Assembly (NCBI GenBank): GCA_964619725.1
Contig: CAZUFC010000010.1
Coordinates: forward strand, 55,468-119,467
DNA length: 64,000 bases
Source of the DNA: an uncultured bacterium
Lineage (GTDB): Bacteria > CSSED10-310 > CAZUFC01
Direction: 5' to 3'
Part shown: piece after piece, positions 57,084 to 64,000 of the stretch
Layout of the letters: each line of letters opens with the position of its first letter
Position numbering within the stretch: position 1 is the stretch's first letter
Position numbers and translations under genes: made by a program
The notes under the pieces: model-generated
What the model was told of the DNA's origin: nothing
Seen by the model: the letters and a program-made list of their open reading frames with translations, nothing else
Databases searched by the model: none

Positions 57084-58541
57084 TCATTGCGACTGGTAAA
57101 ACTCAAATTCATGCAGATCGGCGATGACAGTCAGCCAGGTTTGCCGGTTGACTTCGAACCTGACGCGTGCTTTCTGCATGAGTTGCTGCGAGAATGATTT
57201 CGCGACCCAGGTTCTGTCTGCGAAGGAGCCTTCGTAGAGGTCGTGCCAGGAGGTTCCGTAATAGATATCCAGGTCGATGTAGCGGCAGTGTTTGAGCATA
57301 TAATCATCATCGAACCAGGCCCAGAAGCGCACCCTGGAGCTGCTCACAGGAGGATTGATCAGAAGCTCCAGACAGGGCGTCCACTGCCGGCCGGCGCTGT
57401 AAATCCAGCATCCCGCTCTCGTATCCGTATCGTCATCATAAGCCCTGACTTCATAATCCCAGGCATCTTCCGGATCATTGTGATCCGTCGGAAAATTCCA
57501 GCCTTCCTGGTCCAGGGTCCGGAATTGCCAGACAGGTCCTTCCGTTTCGGCTCCGTGAATGTCGCGAGCCGTTATTTTCCAATAATAGGGCGTATCATAA
57601 TTCAGCGGTCCGGGATTGAAATATTCCTCTGCCTGATCCGCCGAAACCAGCTCATCCGCTGACGGATCGCCCGGTTCAAAGTATACATCGTAAGTTACAG
57701 CATCACCTTCGTCAGGATCGCCGCCGACCCACGTCAGGTCCGTCCCCTCGACCGGTACGTCCGATGTTCCGTCTGCAGGCTGAGGAGAACGCGGCGCATA
57801 GGGTGCATTGTTGTCGAGCGTTTCAGTGTAAAAATCCCATATGGGACTTTCCCCCTGTTCACCGGATGCATCCTCGGCGATGACCTTCCAGAAATAGTTA
57901 GTATCATATTCCAGGGTTCCCGGATCATAATAGGTCAAAATATGATCGTTTGCGATGATGTCTGCCTGGCCCGGCGGACATTCTACGGAAAGATATACGT
58001 CATATACGGTCATATCTCCGCTGTCCGGATCGCCGCCCATCCAGTCCAGCCCGCTTTCTACCGAAACTTCATACTCCCTGAATGTCGGATATATGAGCAG
58101 GGGCGTGTACGGCGGCCGGTTCGGCTCTGACTGCGTGCTGAACTGCAGTATATCGCCTTCATTCGTTTTACCCAGAGCATCCCGCGCAATTATCTGCCAA
58201 TAGTAAGAAGCATCATAAGCCAACTCGCCGGGATCATACGCTATTTCAGGCTCGGAAGACTCGTAACCGCCTATCGTACCGATAAAAGGCGGCAGATATT
58301 CATCGCCGAAAAAGACATCATAATACACATAATCCCCAACGTCCGGATCGCCGCCCGTCCATTCTATGCTCGTCGATAACTCCTCTCCTGAAGCGCCGTC
58401 AGGCGGATGAGGAAAACTTATCTGATAAGGAGGATGATCGATTCCGTCTATCGATACATGGTCATAAGGCAGCTCGCTGCCGGTATTCATCATAATCTGA
58501 ACAAATGAGCTGGTCCGTCTCGCCCCAGGAAGGACCCTCAA
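57084..58541 (-). CDS. C-terminal part of a secreted FN3-like repeat protein (probably frameshifted from the upstream ORF)
   Basis: Three W.GGDPD.GD...YDV repeats; no signal peptide or credible start; overlaps the upstream ORF by 80 nt. Confidence 0.7.
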   Translation of the reverse strand: MRVLPGARRTSSFVQIMMNTGSELPYDHVSIDGIDHPPYQISFPHPPDGASGEELSTSIEWTGGDPDVGDYVYYDVFFGDEYLPPFIGTIGGYESSEPEIAYDPGELAYDASYYWQIIARDALGKTNEGDILQFSTQSEPNRPPYTPLLIYPTFREYEVSVESGLDWMGGDPDSGDMTVYDVYLSVECPPGQADIIANDHILTYYDPGTLEYDTNYFWKVIAEDASGEQGESPIWDFYTETLDNNAPYAPRSPQPADGTSDVPVEGTDLTWVGGDPDEGDAVTYDVYFEPGDPSADELVSADQAEEYFNPGPLNYDTPYYWKITARDIHGAETEGPVWQFRTLDQEGWNFPTDHNDPEDAWDYEVRAYDDDTDTRAGCWIYSAGRQWTPCLELLINPPVSSSRVRFWAWFDDDYMLKHCRYIDLDIYYGTSWHDLYEGSFADRTWVAKSFSQQLMQKARVRFEVNRQTWLTVIADLHEFEFYQSQ

Positions 58542-59346
58542 TATCGGGCTTCGCCGGTTCCGCTATCCCGTCTATCGTTATGCGTGTAACCTGACCCGCG
58601 TTCACTGCCACCGCCGTTCCCGTCAAACACGCGCTCGCATTGGATCGCAGACCCGCCCATACCGTATGATTCCCCTCATAAGCCATGAATCCGAATGAAA
58701 TATTTATTATCTCCGCATTATCTTCGTCCAGCGCCTCCTGCATCTGATAAGCAAAATACTCCACGTCCGCCGCCAGACTCAAAAATGATATCGCCTGCGC
58801 TATATCAGACGGATTCAATCCTATCGCCAACGAAACGAAATCGATTATAAGCATGACCGCATCTTCATATCCAAACGGAGGATCAATGTCCGCCCTGTCA
58901 TAATTCGCAGAAAAATCATCATAACTCCACGTCTTCTCCGTACCGCCGAATGCTCCTATGCCGAACGTCGCCTTGCCTCCCATCCGCACTATCTCCGCTT
59001 CCACATTGATATACTTCGTCCTTCCCACATAAAAATCCACCCGCTGCATCGCCTCTGCCGTCGCTCCGCCTACCCAGGCCGATGACCAGGCTCCGACAGC
59101 GCCCGTGTTGCAATTGCACGACTGAGTGTGCTTGTCCGCTAAATCCGTACCGTCGCCCCACGAATAACACGGACACGAAAACGTATATTCCGCATCATAA
59201 CCCGAAGGCACAAAATCCGTCGAACCGGAACGGCTCCTCTCCAGCACGATCGCCCCTCTCTCTTCATATGCCGCAGCCCAACAGCAGAATATATATCCCG
59301 ATAATAATAATAAAATTATCGCACGTGCTGAAATTTTCCATTTCAT
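58462..59346 (-). CDS. N-terminal part of a secreted protein (signal peptide), probably split gene
   Basis: Signal peptide MKWKISARAIILLLL; ends soon after the start of an Ig/PKD-like PDIEGP..G motif. Confidence 0.7.
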   Translation of the reverse strand: MKWKISARAIILLLLSGYIFCCWAAAYEERGAIVLERSRSGSTDFVPSGYDAEYTFSCPCYSWGDGTDLADKHTQSCNCNTGAVGAWSSAWVGGATAEAMQRVDFYVGRTKYINVEAEIVRMGGKATFGIGAFGGTEKTWSYDDFSANYDRADIDPPFGYEDAVMLIIDFVSLAIGLNPSDIAQAISFLSLAADVEYFAYQMQEALDEDNAEIINISFGFMAYEGNHTVWAGLRSNASACLTGTAVAVNAGQVTRITIDGIAEPAKPDIEGPSWGETDQLICSDYDEYRQRAAL

Positions 59347-59466
59347 CCTTGCTCTCTCCCCTTTTTACTCTTTATATTCCTTCCGTTTATTCAAATTTGT
59401 TTTTCGAAACATCATTTCTTCATTAAGTTAAATTCATCCCTCGCTCAATGAATTGTCTCTTTAGTT

Positions 59467-60630
59467 TTACAATTTCTCCGTACCCGTAGTCAAATTCTCA
59501 AGCGCTCCAAGTTCCCCGTCCTCACAAACCTGGGAAAAAGTTCGGGTTTTATCCAGGTTCAGAAAAAAAACAGCCGTCGAGGACGTCACCAACGCTGCCG
59601 CCGCCTGAAAGCTTATTATCAGTATCAAAACACTTGCGAATCCATAACCTTCATATGTAAAACAAATCATGCACGAAAACATCAACAGTAACTTGGCCGT
59701 AATTAAAAACAACATGAAAAAAAATACGCGCCACCAACGCTTCTCAACTACCTCCTTGCTGTAACTCATCGCTCCCTCAACCTTCTTATCCCTTAATGCC
59801 ACGGCAAATATGATGAATATGAAATAAATATAATAAATTATTCCAGGTATGATTACTATGAAGTAAACAAGCAAAACAATCCCCGTTACGAGCTTCGTCA
59901 CAAAAAGACGGGGCCACTTCCTCAACGCCTTCGTCAACGCGGTTTTCCAATGAAGCTTCCTCTCTTCCAGAGAACCCTCAACAAGCAACGCCACCGCCAT
60001 CGTCATCACAAAGCCGATCTGGGTATAAAAAAACTTAAAAAAGGATTGATAGATTCGCATGCCCGCATGATTTGGAGAAAACGAGGCTTTTTCCAGAAAA
60101 TAAACCATTGTTAATAGAGGAATATAAAGAAAACAAATAATTATGACAATCGACCGAAAATTCTGGCGAAAAAAACGCCCACCGCCATACAATATCTCCA
60201 TGAATTTCAACTCTCTCTCTTCTATCTCTTCATAAATATTAAATTTACCCTGTTTCGCCTTCCTCCGGTACCGGTTCACTATAATCGTTAAAACTACTAA
60301 TACCATGACCCCGCCCAATAGTGTCAGTCCGACAAATTCCAAAAAGGCCTCATACTCTGCACTCATCCGGCTCGATCCTCCCTCTCCGTATATTTCCTCG
60401 ATTAATTCCTCCATTTCCGCCTCTCCCATGACTTCTTCATGCTGTTCACCCATCGTCTTCGCTTCCGCCACAACATTCTTCATAAAACCGAAAATTCTGC
60501 CTGACTCAATTACATAACCTTCTGACCGAAAAAATATCCGGCCCTTCGTGGAACTGCCGAAAAAAACCGTCACTGCTAAAATGAAAATGGAAACAAATAA
60601 AATATTGAACAGAGATTTGTCGATCTTCAC
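59467..60630 (-). CDS. Hypothetical polytopic membrane protein
   Basis: About 8 hydrophobic segments; IIPGIIY, AMSYSKEVV..RWWRVF; probable GTG start at 60630 (ORF track 60747). Confidence 0.7.
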   Translation of the reverse strand: MKIDKSLFNILFVSIFILAVTVFFGSSTKGRIFFRSEGYVIESGRIFGFMKNVVAEAKTMGEQHEEVMGEAEMEELIEEIYGEGGSSRMSAEYEAFLEFVGLTLLGGVMVLVVLTIIVNRYRRKAKQGKFNIYEEIEERELKFMEILYGGGRFFRQNFRSIVIIICFLYIPLLTMVYFLEKASFSPNHAGMRIYQSFFKFFYTQIGFVMTMAVALLVEGSLEERKLHWKTALTKALRKWPRLFVTKLVTGIVLLVYFIVIIPGIIYYIYFIFIIFAVALRDKKVEGAMSYSKEVVEKRWWRVFFFMLFLITAKLLLMFSCMICFTYEGYGFASVLILIISFQAAAALVTSSTAVFFLNLDKTRTFSQVCEDGELGALENLTTGTEKL

Positions 60631-60904
60631 TTTCAATTGCCTTTCCTTTGCGTCGCCGGTCAACGACCCGCCGCACGGCGGCCTGATCCATCGTCGCCTC
60701 CGGTCAATTAATAAAGCCTCCCATTTTTCTGTTTTTTCATTTATCAAAAAGCCCCGCCAATTTCAAATTTTATTTGTAGTTTATCCAAATTTTTTTGTTT
60801 TTTTTGAGAAAACCGACCAAACCACGGTTGATATTCTCCCCAATCAAAGAAAACAGGCGGTTAAAATCAAACCTTTTATTTTCACATTCATCCATAACTT
60901 CCAT

Positions 60905-61076
60905 ATCGCAATCGGGATCGAAATCGGGATCGGGGTCGGTATCGGGATCGGCATCGGCATCGGCATCGGAGTCGAAATCGAAATCGGGCTCGAAATCGCA
61001 ATCGCAATCGGCCCCGATTACTGAAACAAAATGTCAAAAGTTATAAAAGAAGTGCAATCTCGATGTGATCAGTCCC
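60905..61076 (+). repeat. Inverted hexamer array (~18 x RTCGNN) plus 65-bp core, copy 2
   Basis: Array 60905-61010; core 61012-61076, 56/65 identical to copy 1 without gaps. Confidence 0.9.
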
Positions 61077-61320
61077 CAAAATTTTAATCTTGAAAACAAG
61101 GAAAATCAGTTTTTTTTCGTACCGCTAATTGACAATTTTCCAATTTTCTGTAAACATCCGCTTCATTGATCAGTGCGGGAATCCTTGCTGATCAATGGAG
61201 AGGATGTTCGATTCAAAGATTTTTAACTTTTTCCTGCGCCTTTTCAGGAAACGAGGCGACAGGAATTGAGATTTAAATTGAAATTCCTGTCATCTCATGC
61301 TTAATCAAGAGGAGGATCAG

Positions 61321-61920
61321 ATGAGACGTCTCGATTGGAGATACGTAATAATATTGGCTTGCCTTATGGCGATGATCGGTATGATTTCCTGCGACACAGA
61401 AGACGATTCGATCACCAACCCGGAAAGCGAGTCAGCTCCGACTCAGACGCCGACAGCGGCGCCGACGCCGACGCCTGAAGGCGCATGGGGATATATTAAA
61501 GGTGAAGCGATTATCGAGGTATCGGGATTGCCTGAAGAGCCTTATGATGATAAAGCGGTTATTTTCTGTTTAGGCAACCCGGACAACAGTAACTGGATGA
61601 ATGTCCGGCATCGTACGGGGAACAGGTTTCAGATGAAAGGCGGACTCGATCCCAATTCGCCCTGCGTCGACGAAGTGCATATCCATTCTGCGCCTTCTGC
61701 GGCTAACGGCGAATGGAGAATATCCTGGAATCAAAATGGAAGGATTTTCATCGAATCCCCTGAAGGCAGTTCGACAATCGAAATACCCGGCGGCCGTCCG
61801 GCCTTCCGCAATATCTACGACGGCTCCTGCGGCGGTTATATCCATCATTCATCCCCCGCCGTAATAGAGATCAAATCCTTCACCGGAACCGTCGGATACG
61901 CTCAGGACTGCTATCTTTAA
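61321..61920 (+). CDS. Hypothetical lipoprotein with Pro/Thr tether
   Basis: Lipobox MIS-C after a hydrophobic stretch; PTQTPTAAPTPTP; ATG 61321 behind GAGGAGG. Confidence 0.8.
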   Translation: MRRLDWRYVIILACLMAMIGMISCDTEDDSITNPESESAPTQTPTAAPTPTPEGAWGYIKGEAIIEVSGLPEEPYDDKAVIFCLGNPDNSNWMNVRHRTGNRFQMKGGLDPNSPCVDEVHIHSAPSAANGEWRISWNQNGRIFIESPEGSSTIEIPGGRPAFRNIYDGSCGGYIHHSSPAVIEIKSFTGTVGYAQDCYL

Positions 61921-62062
61921 AAGGGGTTCGTCTGACTGCATCGGACCTCAAACGGCGTAGTCGAATCGTAAACATACAGCGAAGCGCATTATGAGAAGCT
62001 TATTTTTAGAGGGGCCGCTCAAGCGCCGGTTACAATTCGACAGAATATCCATCATTTTGTTT

Positions 62063-62148
62063 CGATTTCGATCCCGATTGCGGCCCCGATTACTGAAACA
62101 AACTGTCAAAAGTTTTGAAAGAAGTGTAAACCTGGTTTTATCAGTCCC
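62063..62148 (+). repeat. Short hexamer array plus 65-bp core, copy 3
   Basis: Five CG-initiated hexamers 62063-62092; core 62084-62148, 56/65 identical to copy 1. Confidence 0.88.
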
Positions 62149-62157
62149 GAAAAGATA

Positions 62158-63597
62158 ATGCACAGTAAAAACGAAAATGCGGTAAAAATGCCGGAGGGGA
62201 AACGAGCAGGAATCGAGCCGTCGGCTGTTGTGATTGCGGTAACGGGCATTATTCTGATAAATATCCTGCCGCTTCTGCCGAAGGAGCTCTTCTGGGGGAT
62301 AAAATCTTTTGAAGCGCCTGTTTTTTTCAGGACAGCCATGATTGTTCTGTTGTTTCTGAGTGCGATCAACAGGGTGCAGGATGCAGTTCTGAATGGCATT
62401 TCAAGGCTGTCGGCTTTCCTGGAGCGTCATGTATCCGGAAAGCTGCTGACGATAATGTTTTTCGCCGGACTTTTCATCCTGTTGTGGATATTCCGTGAAA
62501 GGAAGTTATGGGGCGATGCGTTGAAGTTACTGACTTCGCTGGAAGCTGGTCCGTCATCGAATGCTTTCTGGGGACATTTCTGGAAGAAGCCTCTGGACAG
62601 GCTGATTCACATGGGCGCTTATCGAGCGGGGTCATATTTTTTCGGATGGAGTTCATCCGTAACGGTTCCCCTGGTCAACTGTCTTGCAGGGTCCGCGACC
62701 ATAATTATTCTTTATCGACTGGTAAGGCGAATTTTTCCTGACGACGGAATACGGATCACAGCGATGGGACTTTTGCTTTTCAACGGTTCCTCACTGGTTT
62801 ATTTCGGTCATTTCGAGCAGTATACGATGATACAGACGGGCACGGCGCTGTTTTTTCTTACCGCGGTGAATTACCTTAAAGGCAGAGGCAGCCTGATTAC
62901 GGCATCCATTGCAGCGGCGACGGCTGCTGCATTGCATGCTGAAGGAGTCCTGCTGTTTTTCATTTTGCCTTTGTTATTTTATTTACGAAAAGGAAAGAAA
63001 CCGGAAGAGCGAAGCAGTCCTTACAAGGCGTTAATTAAAATAATCCTCCCTTACGCAGGATTTTTAATCCTCTTCTACCTGGGATGTCGTCTGATAGGAA
63101 GCCCCGAATTTACGGCGGGATTCAACAGACTGGATATAGACCGGCATGTTTTTCTGTCGCCGGCAGCAGCGTTTTCACCCCGCCATTTGTCGGATTTTTT
63201 CAATATTTTATTCAGAAACATACCCTTGTGGCCGTTCTATTTCATTACTTTACTGCTGATGTGGAAAACGGCCCGCAGGAGAAAGCATTCTGAAGCGCTG
63301 CTGTTCAATGCAACAAGCCTGATTTATTTTACAGCCCTGCTGTTCTTCGATTCCAAACTGCCGCCGCACATGGATTGGGACATTTACGCAATAATAACCC
63401 TGCCCGCAGTTCTGGCGGGAACGCGAGCGTTGTCGCTGCTGGGCCGAAGCATCAAACGGCCTTTATTCGTCCTGGCTGTAATCTCTTTCTGTCTGACCGC
63501 TCCCTGGATATTATCCAACCGCTTTCACCCGGATGAATCCTCAAAAAGAATCCAAATAGAAACCAAAATCATGAATGCAAAACCGGTAAAACGGTGA
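62158..63597 (+). CDS. Polytopic membrane protein, possibly GT-C-fold glycosyltransferase-like
   Basis: About 12-13 TM segments, first-loop WGD, FGHFEQY, late DWD; family is an inference. Confidence 0.6.
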   Translation: MHSKNENAVKMPEGKRAGIEPSAVVIAVTGIILINILPLLPKELFWGIKSFEAPVFFRTAMIVLLFLSAINRVQDAVLNGISRLSAFLERHVSGKLLTIMFFAGLFILLWIFRERKLWGDALKLLTSLEAGPSSNAFWGHFWKKPLDRLIHMGAYRAGSYFFGWSSSVTVPLVNCLAGSATIIILYRLVRRIFPDDGIRITAMGLLLFNGSSLVYFGHFEQYTMIQTGTALFFLTAVNYLKGRGSLITASIAAATAAALHAEGVLLFFILPLLFYLRKGKKPEERSSPYKALIKIILPYAGFLILFYLGCRLIGSPEFTAGFNRLDIDRHVFLSPAAAFSPRHLSDFFNILFRNIPLWPFYFITLLLMWKTARRRKHSEALLFNATSLIYFTALLFFDSKLPPHMDWDIYAIITLPAVLAGTRALSLLGRSIKRPLFVLAVISFCLTAPWILSNRFHPDESSKRIQIETKIMNAKPVKR

Positions 63598-63638
63598 ACC
63601 TCAGCCTAAATTCCGCTGATAAACGGCATGATTAAACT

Positions 63639-63740
63639 ATCGGTATCGGGATCGGGGTCGCTATCGGTATCGCAATCGGGGTCGGGGTCGGGATCGCAAT
63701 CGGGGTCGAAATCGGGGTCGGTATCGGGATCGAAATCGAA
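63639..63740 (+). repeat. Hexamer array (17 x RTCGNN) without the 65-bp core
   Basis: ATCGGT ATCGGG ATCGGG GTCGCT ... ATCGAA ATCGAA. Confidence 0.9.
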
Positions 63741-64000
63741 GGGTTGTTTTCCCACAAGTCACAGCCCATACATCACTTTTCCCAGGCCAATAATAAATGA
63801 CGGCAATTCTGCAGAAACGCAATCTCAAAGGAAGCATGTTCAATCAATACCTCCAGCGCTTTCATTTTTGCCATGAATGCAGAATATTTGTTTGCTAATC
63901 GGCTTGCGGTTTTGATTGTTGTCGGCGGGTTGACCTCACCCCCCTGCCCCCTCTCCATGAATGGCTGATCTTTACCCACACTTGACACCGTCCATTTCAT

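Noticed and set aside
60548-61046. ORFs ending in IGIGIG or SGSKS runs (likewise 63628-63876)
   Set aside because: Translations of the hexamer arrays, partly antisense to a real gene
56867-62148. 65-bp cores as CRISPR repeats or integron attC sites
   Set aside because: Spacing of kilobases, no spacer-sized units, no cas or integrase gene, and no RYYYAAC/GTTRRRY ends
63773-64000. 75-aa minus-strand ORF at the window edge
   Set aside because: No recognisable motif, includes a REP-like CCTCACCCC..CCCTCTCC stretch, and cannot be judged without further sequence

Overview
Gene-dense bacterial chromosomal window, probably from an uncultured anaerobe; I saw no rRNA, tRNA, CRISPR array, integrase or transposase. 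It holds housekeeping genes (priA, carD, htpX, galE, dacB, archaeal-type glmU, ribosomal protein Thx). Type IV pilus/T2SS motor genes are a HEAT-repeat-PilT fusion plus a second PilT, a PilB with several degenerate MshEN-like repeats, and PilC. Signalling genes include HD-GYP proteins, a FIST sensor with a hybrid kinase, and a PAS kinase. There is also a single-chain dihydropyrimidine-dehydrogenase-like enzyme with ssnA, and several large secreted Pro/Thr-linker proteins. Most notable: (1) three otherwise unrelated secreted proteins (papain-type protease, subtilase, beta-propeller) share a ~115-120 aa C-terminal domain that I cannot assign to a known sorting signal; (2) a dispersed element made of a conserved 65-bp core attached to CGAYNN hexamer arrays that occur in either orientation; (3) a ~335-bp nested palindrome just downstream of an orphan SLATT gene; (4) a saw-tooth G-to-C skew that appears independent of gene direction; (5) a bacterial phosphatase resembling the SEX4/LSF2/laforin glucan phosphatases. 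All family calls come from motif recognition by eye, not database searches.
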